Below, piece by piece: positions 50,575 to 63,018 of a stretch of DNA of 64,000 bases; position 1 is the stretch's first letter; each line of letters begins with the position of its first letter. Both the position numbers and the translations under genes were made by a program. This DNA comes from Felis catus (lineage: Eukaryota). The notes under the pieces are model-generated. The model was not told the DNA's origin and searched no databases. It saw only the letters and a list, made by a program, of their open reading frames with translations. The stretch lies in contig NC_058368.1 of assembly GCF_018350175.1 (NCBI RefSeq), forward strand, positions 68,078,001 through 68,142,000. Reading direction: 5' to 3'.

Positions 50575-51050
50575 GGAGTTCAAATTCCTTAGCCAGGTGT
50601 GCTAAGTCTGTAACTGCCTCTGGCTGATGTCTGGAGCCTCATTTCTCTTTCATTTGTCCTCCAGTTTGTTCAACCTATCATGTTGTATCATGCCTCTCAT
50701 TGCATGCTACTCTTTTGGACTTTCCTTCCGTTCTTTGTCTAGCTAACTCCTATTTAACCTCAAAAACTAAGGTCAAGAAAAGACTTCTTCCCTGTAAGCC
50801 CTCCATGATTCCATTAAACATGGATTGATGCCCCTTCTCTGTGATTCTTAGCACCTCGGGTTTACCTTTATCATTGCACTTAACCCTGGGTGCCTTATCA
50901 TTGCCTTAACTATCTGTTCCTTTAGACCGAGTCGAAAGGGCTTGAGGCAGTTACTCAAGGGCTATGGGAAAACTTTAGTCGACTTGCATCCCCAGGAACT
51001 AGTGCAGTGCCTGACACTTATGGGCATTCAATCAATGTTTGTAAAAGGAA
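50575..51050 (+). mobile_element. L2 3' end
   Basis: ttcaaattccttagc...tctagctaactccta...cagtgcctgacac...cattcaatcaatgtttg. Confidence 0.75.
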
Positions 51051-54000
51051 AGGAGAAGAATAACAAGGTGAGAGGGTGGAAGGAAAGGAGGGAGGGAGGA
51101 AAGAAGGAAGCAAGGAAAGGTCGTGGTACTTGTGGGACAGTTCATTCACTGGGTTCATCTAGTAAGCATATGCTAGGAATGTAATTAAGAGATGCTAGAC
51201 CTTAACCGATACATCGTTAGCTCTGTTTTCTAGGCAACGTTCTTTCATGGACCACATCTAAAGAATTAGTACTGTAAGCACATGCTTAAATCCTAAGTCC
51301 CTTTCCAAAGCCAAGTTTGTGCCCTTCCTACTTGTCTGTGAATATTTTGTGGCTTCTACCTTGCTTAGCAGTGTGTGCATGAATATGGGCATGTTTAATT
51401 ACACAGGCGCACTCTTGCCCTGCTATTGACTGATGCATAGTTAAATGCACAGGTTTGCGTAGCCCTGCTAGAATGCTAATTAAGGAAAGAAGGACTTGGT
51501 TTTTAGTTAGGCATTTTCTTCTTGGTAAAACAAAGGGCAGTGAATGTAACCCAGGCTGAGTTCCCTCATATTCTAGGCATGTATTCAGAAGAGTTTATCT
51601 TTATCTGAGCTTCTCTAGGACCTAAGTGACTGCATGACACATCATGGTAAATAACTTCTTAAAAAAGTATATGCTGACTTGTTTTAGAATGCGTGTGCTG
51701 TTTAAAAATAGGTAGGGAGTTTGACACACACCTGATTGCCTCGGAGATGGAATTCGAAGTGTCTGGCATTGCAGCCTCTTCCGGGAAGGTTCCTCGTCAC
51801 CTCACCTCTTGTCTCCAGCTGCTCAGCAGCAGTTAGGTTACAGAGGCAGCATCCAATTACTCAGAATATCTGCCCCTGCTCTTGGCAGGGACTTAAACTT
51901 CCCAGCATTTGCAGATGATGGATGGCACTTTGTGTAAAATGGCCATTTCTTTAGAATACTGGGAGGTTGAATCCGGAAGAGGGTAGGTCGTGGTTCCCAC
52001 AGGACAGCAGATCTGAGAATGTGGCCAGATGAAGTCAAGAGGCCATTGAGTGAGGGCCATGGTGTGATTTCTTCAGAGTCCAGCGAGGACAGCTTGCTCA
52101 CAAACGTGTTGGCTGCAGTTTACTAAGAAAGAATCTCATTGTTTCCTCAATGTGCATTTCTTTCTGGTATGCTGCTCTAACCCAGTGGAATGGAAAGGGC
52201 CTGGCCAAGTGTTGTGAGCATCCCATGTCGTTGCATGGCCTCCCTGAGAACTACAAAGGAGGGAAAAGTTGCAGAAATGGCTGTCAACATACAATGGGCA
52301 GTGAAAATCAATGAGAGGAAAATGGTCCATTTTTGCTTCATTGATTTTTGCTGGTCAATGAATCCTTTTCATTTTATGTACACCCCTCCTTCAGTATTTT
52401 TTCCCTGGTGGGCACATCTTAATGTCAGTGCTCTGCATCAAGTGGGGAGCTGAGAGTGACAGTTCCTTGAATCACAGAAGGCCGTTAGGGATGGCGATGG
52501 GTAGGTTTGCAGAAGAGCTCGGGGAGATGAAACCGAAGCTTGGAGAATGTGATGCTTGCTCCTAATGTTAGAGAGAGTGTCGGTTGCAGGGGGCGGATGG
52601 CGGGGCTGGGGGTATTAGGGTTGAGTAGGTTAGCTTAACAACTGCAGTGATTGTGTCCAAATGGATAGAAAATATTGAAAGGGCAAGAGGATCAGTGACA
52701 GATGCTGTAGATAAAGAGCACATGTAGTGCCCTGGGAAGTGAGTGGTACTAAATCTGTGTGGGCCTAATGATAGGATTTCAGAGGTATCTTTGGCCAAAC
52801 ACAGTTACTATATTGATGGTTCTATGTGAATGCAGAGAAGAAGAATGGCATTTGGTTTACAGTGATGCAAGTTTAATGTAATTAGTAAGTTAATCATGTT
52901 TTTGGTTACCACCCTAGGTGGAAGAATCATTTGGCTATCCTGGAGAAAAATCAGAAACCCAGAAATCGTGACCTCTCCAGAGTGTTTGCACCAGTGAAGT
53001 CTGTTGAAATTAATGAGAAAAAGATCAAAAGAAACTTATAGTAACCTGCAACAATTATCATCTCTAGCTAGAACTTGTTTTAGTTATTCCTTTCAAATAA
53101 GCAGTGGATGGCTCTTCATATTTTTTAACTTTCAGGTGTGAAACTCAGACACAGAATATTTTTAAAAAATTATATAACATCAGATAGATGCTAAATACAA
53201 TGCTTGGATGAGAGCTCAAAACCCTAAATATTTTGTCTTCGATTGGCTACTGAAACATATTACCTTGTAGGGAAGCAGTTGACAGTTATAGGAATCTCCT
53301 CAAGTAGAAAAACCAAGGTTCAAGGCTAAATTGCAACTCTCTTCTCACCAGTGAGGCTATAGTTTTGTTCCTAAATAGACATTTTAACTTATAGTTTGCA
53401 TTTGGAAATTCCTGCTCCCATAGTTAACACCAAAGTGTCCTGAACATTCTTGGGATTACAATATATTCATTTCTCTGGGCTCTCCTTACTCTTCAGGCTT
53501 CTACTTTTTTGACCAGAAAGGTGGGCAGTTACTTAAAAGCCTACTCTCTCATCCAAGCAATGCCTTTTAACAGGACAGTAAGTGCTTATGTAGCTCTGGG
53601 CACACGAAACAGGGATGACAGGCGGTGGATAGTGGTTATTAAAATAGGTTCCATGAATGCACGTTTTCCTTACAGCCTTGGGCACTAATACAAACATAAT
53701 AGTTTAGTTGCTTGATAATAAATATGCAGTGTGTTTCTTAAGCTGGTTGTTGCAAGTTTTCTTTTATTTCCCTGGAAACCTCTGCCTGCTCTTTGACCAT
53801 CAGCAGTCTGTTAAGGTCCATGTTGGCAGAAACTATGTGGTTACAATATGGCCCTGAGAAAACAGTAGTGTTACCCATCAACCAGTTTTACAAAGAGAAA
53901 ATGAAGTCCGGGACTGTTCTAAATGTGTTTTGCTAGTGGTATGAACTGTTTAATTAGGGACTTTACTCATCCAACAATGGTTGCAGAAAAAAAGAAAATC

Positions 54001-54869
54001 AGATGAAATCATTGTAACTTTATCCCTTGGTAAACCTGTTAAGACACAAAGACATCTGTGGTCTATTCCAAAATGAGGAATTCAGAGTAGAGATGAAACT
54101 TAGGGTAATTAGCTTACCTACATTTAAAAATCTTCATCCACGAATGGCCAAAAGGAGGAAATGCAGGAAGAACCATGAAATAAAACATAACCTCACTTGC
54201 TGAGGTGCACAGTGACCTTGGCTAGTGGTAGATTTTTATTTGAAGAAAACAAACACCATCTGAAAAGAAGAGGTAGCTATCCTTTTGTTGAAGGGAATGG
54301 AATGTGCTTCTTCATAGCTGGTGAAAGCTCTTAAATTTAAGGAATAAATCTGACACAGACATGAGAAAGAGAGGCTATTTTCATCTTTGCTGGAGCCTTA
54401 ACACTCTAAGAACACAGATAATTAGGTTAATTTCCTCTATAGCTTACTCAGGATCCCTAGACAGATCCAATGATGGGTTGACCAAGGAGACAGGGGACTA
54501 GGATGTGAATCATTTCTTGAGACTGTTTAGCACCTGTGGTGACATTAGATCTTATGAATGTTGCCAAATGTGGCTCACTGGGATGGGATATATTTGTGGC
54601 GTAGTATCTTGGACCATACTTTAATCATCAGAAAGGGAAATATATTCATGCTGTTAATGAGGGGAAACCAATCTCTGAGGAAGAGTTCATATCAAAGGAT
54701 AGTGAAATGAAGCTTACAAGGACAACACCTTAATTTGATAGTGTCCTTGAGTTCCCCTAAATAATTCAGAGAATTTTGCACATACCGAGGGTTGGACTAA
54801 GTTATAAGGAGGAATTTCCTGAAATTGGGTTGTTTAATATTGGACATGAGTTACATGAGGAAGGTTAGT

Positions 54870-54872
<3 letters not shown>

Positions 54873-54911
<39 letters not shown>
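54873..54911. repeat. (TG)n microsatellite
   Basis: About 19 TG units. Confidence 0.97.
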
Positions 54912-54913
<2 letters not shown>

Positions 54914-56154
54914 AAATCAACCTTTAGTAAAACATTGGTCATGTAACATTTCTTTCTATTTCCCTCAAGAAGATCCAGAGTCTAATAGAGGCCAAGTCTC
55001 CCTCATGTACCACACTCTATCTAGACCTATGGGAAGGTTATTCTTTGGAATTCTTGACCAGCAATAGTGTCCATGATACTGTTGCCTCATCTAGTTTATA
55101 CAGAAGGCTGGGGGAGGTGGGGGAGAGATAGAGGAAGATGATAGAGATATAAACCGACTTTTCATTTTGGTCATCAGATTTCTGGAGCAACAAGAATCTC
55201 ACGTTACACAAAACAGAAAGTCAAGAAATTACCATGTCCTTTAATATGCGACCATACTGTATGCTACATTGACACTTGTGAGATTTTTAGGTTAAAAAGA
55301 TAAATGCATTTATGTATTGATAGGGTCAGCTTCTTAGAGCAGCAGAGCTCCCGTTTATGCATGCATGCCCTTACATCTGGTCTGGTTCAATCAAAAGAGT
55401 GGCTAATTTTCATGACTAAAATGCAAGTCTCATATACGCCGAAAACCAAATTCTATGCTACCAATTTGCTACATGATTTATTAATGGCAACAACAGCAGC
55501 AAAATAAAACCCCCCTCTCTGTGCCTGGGTACTGAGACGGCCTGGGAATGGAAGAGACTGGTTTTTCCTCCAAGAAATTTTATTCTAATAGGTGTGCCCG
55601 GTAGTTTGTAACTAATTAATTCTTGTTTAGAGAGAAAAATTGCACCTAGTTCAGCGCCCCAGGCCTCGATCAGTGGGCACTCAATCAATGTGTGGCGAAT
55701 GAATGACTGATGTGGACGTTGGAAGACCTGGAATTAAGACTTAGTATTTCAAGTGAGGATGGATTGCTCTGTCTTATTTGTGTTCATTAACAGCCTGCTT
55801 CTTCTTGGCCAGGAATATAAAAAGGGACATGTGCAGAGAGGAGTTTCAAGGATGACAGGAGAAGGGGAGGGGACGTGGAAAGCATGGGGAGGAATGACTG
55901 GGGTCTTAAGAGGCAAAAAAGGAAGGAACATTGGGGGTAGCTTAAACAATAATGCATTTATGAAAAACATAAAGGATGAGAAAGACAGAGGAAGCCAGCA
56001 GGGGAGTTGAGTAGAAGTCCATTATCGCCCGCATAGTTCCCCGGACTCATTTCTAGCCTAATTCTTTCCTCTTTGCTCCTGCTTGAAATGGAAGCTGATC
56101 TCACTTTCAAGTGCATTTCCATTGTTGCCATCAGACTAGTTTTTATCTGATCAA

Positions 56155-56392
56155 TAATAATAATAACAACAGGAATAATATTATACCTAGCATTTATATT
56201 TAGCATTTGCTTTGTGCCTCTCATTCCAGGGCTGTTTTATGTTCACAAGTCCATTGTTTACAACTCCCTAATGGAGATGTGATTACTCCATTGGAGTAAT
56301 GGAGTAATGGAGTTTCACAAATGGAGATTTGGGGGCTGAGAAAGATTAGGTTTTTCGCCTGGGGTCACACAGTTTTCAAGTGATAGAGGAAG
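56155..56392 (-). mobile_element. MIR
   Basis: aataataacaac...agcatttatatttagcatt...tacaactcccta...gctgagaaagattagg...gcctggggtcacacag. Confidence 0.75.
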
Positions 56393-56397
56393 AATTT

Positions 56398-56476
56398 ATT
56401 ATTATTATTTTTTAGTATAATTTATTGTCAAGTTGGCTAACAGACAGTGTATGCAGTGTGCTCTTGGTTTTGGGGA
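56398..56476 (-). mobile_element. Severely 5'-truncated carnivore/felid L1 3' tip
   Basis: T-rich tail then tataatttattgtcaagttggctaacagacagtgtatgcagtgtgctcttggttttgggg. Confidence 0.7.
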
Positions 56477-56621
56477 AATAATTTAAAGCCAGCTTGGTCA
56501 GACTTTAAGTCCTTTCTCTTTCCTTTTTGTTCTATGCCCAAGCTAACAGAGAAGGGAATAATTGTGGAGAAGGGAAGCGGGAAGCGGGGTGGGGGTGGGA
56601 GCCTCGGATTTAAGCATCCAG

Positions 56622-57540
56622 TTATTCATTTTTCATTTGGCAAATACTTGTTAAAGGTCTGTTGTGTTCTAGGCCTTTCAGGGACCTCTCACTCTAGCAG
56701 AGGAGTGTCAAGGAGACAGGCGACTGTTTATCCCAAAGAAGTGACCTGGGTGAACAGAGGTTGACTCTGGAATACTCAGTTCAGCCTTAAGAAATCAGAA
56801 GAGTAGGTGTTGCCTAAACAGTTCCTGAGAAAGTTGAGTGAGGTGGACATCAGTGTTCTAAGAAGAAGGACTAATGAGTCTGCCCCATGGTAATTCAAAG
56901 GACATCAGATATTTATAGGACTGAAGCATGGAGAGTGGGGTGTCAAGAGATGAGGCTGAAGGGGCGCCTGGGTGGCGCAGTTGGTTAAGCGTCCGACTTC
57001 AGCCAGGTCACGATCTCGCGGTCCACGAGTTCAAGCCCCGTGTCAGGCTCTGGGCTGATGGTTCAGAGCCTGGAGCCGGTTTCCGATTCTGTGTCTCCCT
57101 CTCTCTCTGCCCCTCCTCCGTTCATGCTCTGTCTCTCTCTGTCCCAAAAATAAATAAATGTTGAAAAAAAAATTAAAAAATAAATAAAAAATAAAAAAAA
57201 TAAATAAATAAAAAAAGAGATGAGGCTGAAGAGGTAACCAGAGGGCCTTGAATACTATGGGAAGGAGTTTGTGTTTTATCCTCAGAGCAACTGGGAACCA
57301 TTGAATGGTTTTAGGTAGAGGAACAAAAGGTTCAATTTGCACTTTAGAATGATGACTCTAGGTACGTTAGAGATGGGTTGGGCCCACCCATTCTGCTTCA
57401 AGACCAGAAGCAGGAAGACTTGTTCCACTGACACAGGCAAGAGGGATGATAACCTGATTTAAGGTAGTCACAGTGGTTAGATTTCAGGGGATTTGAGAAA
57501 TGGAAGTAAGAGAACTTGGTGATTAGTAATATGGACAATG
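56622..57540 (-). mobile_element. L2, interrupted by a SINE
   Basis: attcatttttcatttggcaaatacttgtt...gagatgaggctgaagaggta...ggaaggagtttg...tgggaaccattgaatggttttagg. Confidence 0.75.
56961..57214 (+). mobile_element. Young felid SINEC_Fc, long A-rich tail
   Basis: 16-bp TSD aagagatgaggctgaa (56945, 57215). Confidence 0.97.
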
Positions 57541-57544
57541 AGAC

Positions 57545-57890
57545 TGAGTCAGATTAAACCAAGTTACATTGCCCTAAAAAACAGCACCTAGATCTCTGGA
57601 ATATAACAAAAACTTGTTTTTCTCTAATGCAGAGTCCACATAGGTCCAGGCAACTCTTTTAGGCAATTGTCCTGCATGCCCAGTGACTAGTGGCTTCAAC
57701 CTGTGTTAGCTCTGTCTTGACACTAGAACTCTGCCATCACCTTGATGGGGGCGAGGAAGACTTGGAGTGTGGTGAGCTTTTCACTGCCTTAGCCCAGAAG
57801 TGACCCACTTTCTTTTGCTTCCATCTCATTGGCTAGAATGAGTCACATGCCCCCATCCCCCAAATGGCAGGAATGCACAGCATTGTCTAC
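57545..57890 (-). mobile_element. Old MaLR LTR (MLT1J-like)
   Basis: gcccagaagtgacccact...ctcattggctagaatgagtcacatgccc. Confidence 0.7.
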
Positions 57891-60351
57891 CACAAGGACT
57901 AGTAAGTTCTGCACTTGAAGAATTATAAGGACGTAGGTACATGTGTGTGGAGAGAAGAGAGTCTAGTGTGTGTGGCAGCAGAGGATTAACTTTCCAAGTG
58001 TTGGGCTGATTCATGAGATGGGAAAGGGCATGCAGGTCTCGGTGGCTTTTATGGATTTGGCTGCTTTGTCCTGAAGGCAGTTGATGTTTATTAGGGTGTC
58101 TGTTTGCATATCACGAGGTCCTCTAGGCTTCTGGGTCTTTCCCTCTCCATCTCACTACTCCCCACTCCTATTCCTGCCCACCTTCTGCCATCCTGGCATC
58201 AGTGTCCCTTTCTAAATGGTTTATGGGGGAGTTTTGTGCAATACTGGGAGGTGACTCACTTGCCGTCCTCAGTCCTTGTGTGGACTGACGCAGGTTGTAG
58301 GTTCATCTGAGTGTGGCCTCAGTGTACTCAGGAGCCCACAGCACCAGATGCTTATGAAATGTGTACATGCACTTAAAAATGGCAGTGTGCTGAAGAGAAA
58401 CTAAGTGATTTGGACACTTTTTGTTTAGATTCATTCCTAACCATAAATCAGATTGATTAATCACAAAAATATCTGCTCTATCTAAAAACCCTTGTTTTCT
58501 ATTTTGTAACATCGGATTTAGGGTTTTAATCGGGAATGAGAACGTCTTTATTTTCTCAGTATAATACATTTCAGGATCTGACTAATCAATGACCAAGTAT
58601 ATCGTGGACATCTTTGGCTTATGCTTTAGATGCAGTCAAGTCAAACTCAGACGAACTTTCTGAAACCCAGGAGCACATGATTTAGAATTTGTGTCGAGGC
58701 CGTTGAGAAAAGCTTATGATGTAAAGTGGAAAATTTAAAAACTGTGTTTGTTGATTACAAAAACCAGTCACAACAAAAACTGTGCTTCTTACTTTTCTTC
58801 CTGCGTAAGAAGAGGGAAGTGGTGGGTTTTTGAAGAAAGATGCGGTGCCCGCTTTTCTCTAGAGTGGCCCCAGACTGGGCCGCAGGAAACCTTTGTAGAA
58901 TGCATGGAGAGTAGAAAAACAGGACTTAACCGGATTTCTCCTTTTCTGGAAGCAGCTCTGCCTGTCTCCCATGCTGGCAATGGTACCAGCATTTCCATGG
59001 GCTCACGCTCTACCAACCTCACGACATGGTGCGCCTTGTTGCCCTCCCCGCATGCGTGCTGCTGTCAGAGTCATCCTGCCCATCCACTCTGCTCCTCTGC
59101 TCACTGGGTCTGGCATTTTGCATTGTCTCTGAGCCTCAGGTGATCAAGAACGTGGGTGGTGATCTCTGCTCCGTCTGTCTCATAGGCTTGATGTAAGTCA
59201 CGTGTGCAATGTGCTTTGGACACTGGAAAACAGCTTATGATGAGCTCTAAAGGGAAACAAATCAGTTTTCAAAGTTCTCTTTGTCTGGCCGAAGTCTCAC
59301 CTGGCTTATCTTTGTCTTTGTCTTCCCCTCTTTGTTCTCTCTGAGTCCTACTCGCCTCTCTCCTCTTCACTACATGCCGCTCCTTGCTCTTAGATCTCCA
59401 CCCTCTGTGTTTCATCAACCCCCAAAATAAAAGAATACAAATGGGAAAGAATCTGTTACTACTGCTGAAAGTTTCAGCAAAATGCTCTTTTCTCTTCCTC
59501 CCGTCTTGTCCTCAAGTATATTATTCACAGCGCCTCTCCTATACTGGGGTACTTTATAAATACTCCTATTCAAAATAACCCAGAGAATTATCTGTTTCTA
59601 CACCGGCAATAATATTTACCAGTAACCTATAACACCGATCTTCAGGGTCCTTTCTCCTGGGGCAAATGCAGGTTCATTATTTGGTCTATCTACTTTCTTT
59701 GCCATATCTCCCAGAGGAGACTGATGGGGAGGCTGGTTATGAGACTGAGATCATTAGCTTTCCAATCTGGCTCCCCGAAACCAAACAGAATGTATTTTCT
59801 GCTCATATGACAATATTTTTCAATATCTTAGGATTCACATTCCTACCCTTGTATTTTCCATAAAGCTCAGCTTGGATATAGCACTGTCTGTCCTATGGGG
59901 ACTAACTTTTTATTTGGTCTCCCCTGCGGTGCTTTTAGAAGCCCATAACAATGAAAGGACTTGATTAAGGTCATTTCCTGGGCCTAGGCAGCTTAATCTG
60001 TCTCGATCCTGAGCAGCTTTCAAAATGACTTTTCTTCAATCCCATACAGCAGTGGTCTTTCCCCACTTCAAGTTCAATCAAACATGAAATATAAGGAAAT
60101 AGGTAAAATAGAAATGTATAAGAAAGTATAAAACTAAACAGAGAGATTAATCTGCGTGGATATGTTCCTTTTAGTTGTTAATATCATTATGTTCAAAGGA
60201 GATCCTAGGAAAATTTGTTAAATAGAGAAAACATGCCCATGCCTTTAATACTCATTACCTTTTTCTGGCCTCTCTGATGTCTCCCAACAGATGTTCTTTT
60301 TTTTCCCCCTAGTGTTACTTTTCGCATGCCATGTACACTAAAAGAGGTTCT

Positions 60352-60945
60352 TATTCCATCAACAGATTTGATATAACCAGTGTCTATCGAGCATTTACAC
60401 TACGCCAGATGCTAGCTACAGAAGATACCATTTGTAAGCAAAAGTAGATGTTCCATCTTCATGGCACAGACAGTTGTTAATGAGACATCATACTAATGAA
60501 ATTATAAAAGCAAACTGAGATCTAACTTCTGAAGGAAGGGAATATGGTATGATGGATGCATTTAACACTGGAAAATGATCAGACTTTGAGGGCATGGCAG
60601 TCAGGGAAATGATCCTGGAGATGTGAAAGGTGAATAGGGATTAGCCGGATGAAGGATGGAGCTTATAAGGAGAGTATTCCACAAAAAGGGAACAGGAAGT
60701 GCAAAGGTCCAGTGGTGGAAAGAGCCTGGCATCTCTGAGGAACTGAAAGGAGAACAGTGTGTTTGGAGCTCAGAGATCAAGGGAGCAATAGTTTGGGATG
60801 AGGTGGGAGAGATGGACAAAGCCAAGACTCCTGAGGCCATGTAGATTATCCATGCAAGGTCATGTGAAATGGCTATAATATTTTTAGTAAGGATTGGGAC
60901 ATAATCAGATTTTTTACTTTTAAAAGAGGCATTTAGCTTCAAAGT
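60352..60945 (-). mobile_element. L2
   Basis: gagcatttacactacgccagatgct...gtcagggaa...gggaacaggaagtgcaaaggtcc...tgaggaactgaaagg...gatgaggtgggagag. Confidence 0.75.
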
Positions 60946-61039
60946 GAAGAAGGGATAACATATATTCTAAGAATTAGGAAAGATACTCAGTTTGAGAAAT
61001 TTGGAGTATATGGTTCTTTGGCTGACTCTTCTATCACTC

Positions 61040-61200
61040 ATATTATATCATTGTATATCTTTGTGGGCTATTTGTCTCACTCAGGAGATGGGCATCCTTA
61101 AGAGAAGAATATTTTTTGTTTTGTATCTTTTCCACATTAGTACTTAACACAGTGCCTGGAACAATATTGGGTGCACATTAAATTGCTTCTGAGTAAATGG
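61040..61200 (+). mobile_element. L2 3' tip
   Basis: tttgtatctttt...acttaacacagtgcctggaaca. Confidence 0.6.
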
Positions 61201-61720
61201 CTAAAGAGAAAGAGAGAGAGATGAACAAAAGAATAAACATTAGTGTTATGAACACATATGGAGTTGTTTTGACCTGGTTCATACAGTCTGAGATTCATTA
61301 GAGCTCTCAAATTCTTTTTAGAAATCTGTGTACCTCCTTGTTAATTTTCTATACAGTAGGAAGCCTTGAATAGATCAGAGTCATAGAATGACTAATATCA
61401 GTGGCTGGCAACTCTCCAACTGACCTGTGACATCCTCACCTACAAAGGCAGTAAAGTGGGATGACTGGTATTCAGTAGCAACAATGCCATTGGGTCAAAC
61501 TTTACAAATAGGCAGAATTTTCAGTTTAGAGAATGCAAAATCCGGTAAAAGTTGGATAAAGGGACAGGGTCACTGGGAACTGTAAGAGGTGAAGCATTAT
61601 CTGGAAAGGATCCATATAAGGTGAATAAGGATAAGATGGATAAGGTTAGACCCTGTTCAGTTATGATCAGTTTGTTGTGAAGTATCTCAAGTACATGGGT
61701 ATTGGAGTTTTGTTTTGTTC

Positions 61721-61946
61721 TTTTTTTTTTTTAATTTTTTTTTCAACGTTTATTTATTTTTGGGACAGAGAGAGACAGAGCATGAACGGGGGAGGGGCAG
61801 AGAGAGAGGGAGACACAGAATCGGAAACAGGCTCCAGGCTCTGAGCCATCAGCCCAGAACCTGACGCGGGGCTCGAACTCACGGACCGCGAGATCGTGAC
61901 CTGGCTGAAGTCAGACGCTTAACCGACTGCGCCACCCAGGCGCCCC
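61721..61946 (-). mobile_element. Young felid SINEC_Fc
   Basis: ...gactgcgccacccaggcgcccc; flanks ttgttttgtt. Confidence 0.97.
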
Positions 61947-62891
61947 TTGTTTTGTTTGTTCTTAAAGGGAGATCTGACTTCTTTTGTGTGGGTTTTCCTG
62001 TCTGCCTCCCTTAACCATAAAATGGTTAAGAAATGAGGGAAAAAAGGAAAACTCTAATAGAGCAATGTTACTTAGAAAGGTAGAATAGCATGGGTATATT
62101 TGAGGTTTCCTAGAGCACATGATGATTTGATGTTGGCTTGGGGTTGTAAGCCATTGCCTTAGAGGCCTAATAGGTGACTAATAAATAACTTCAGAAAATA
62201 CTGTATGCCGAAATTTCATTTCTAAATATGATATCCCTGCAAAGTAAAAAAAAAAAAAATAGACTTTTAACAGGGACTATACTTCCTGGTGAAGCTGGTG
62301 TCAGAGAATCTTCTGGTGATCTCAGATTCAGAATTCATGGATGATCTCTAGTTACACCTATTTAAATCATATGAAAACCACATGCATGTAGAATAGTAGG
62401 TATTAAAGGACAGGGGCTGAGGTTGGCGTCTATGTGTCCTAGTTCCCAGCACTGGCTCCTGTATTTTAGAGATACAGTCAATGTTTTTTAAAAGCAGAGC
62501 AAATAATTAGATCGCAAATCACATTCAGACTATTCACATTTGGCTTATAATCCCTTTTTCAAGGTGATTTTGAACACGACTGCAGAGTTTCTGCAGCTGA
62601 GTGTGAGCCCATTGATACCATGAGACATGTTCAATGTTTCCTATGTTGAATGATGTTTAAAATGGGAGACTGGTTTTATACATCTATCATTGTGAATAGA
62701 AGCAGCTGTACAACCTAACAATGTCTAGTATGAGAGATCCACAACATTATAAGCAAATTAACTCGAGTTTACTTGGCAGGAGAAAAAAAAAAAAAAAACT
62801 GAATAAATCCACATAATCAGATGCTTCCTGTATGGGAGGAGAGTGGTTTTCTTTGCAAAATGTTTCATTTTTATTGTCACCTCTACTTTAG

Positions 62892-63018
62892 TTTTACCCA
62901 AAATGATCCTTTGTGTCATTTTTTTTCTCTCCCCCCCCCCCCCACCCCCTCCGGCTTCCTCCTTTGGATGTGTATGAACCCTGTGAACTTGGCTCCTTCT
63001 CGCCGATGACAGGTAAGA
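62892..63018 (+). other. Candidate splice element: AG-free zone and polypyrimidine tract ending in CAG|GTAAGA
   Basis: No AG from 62892 to 63010; pyrimidine tract about 62908-62965; AG at 63011-63012 directly followed by GTAAGA. Confidence 0.35.
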
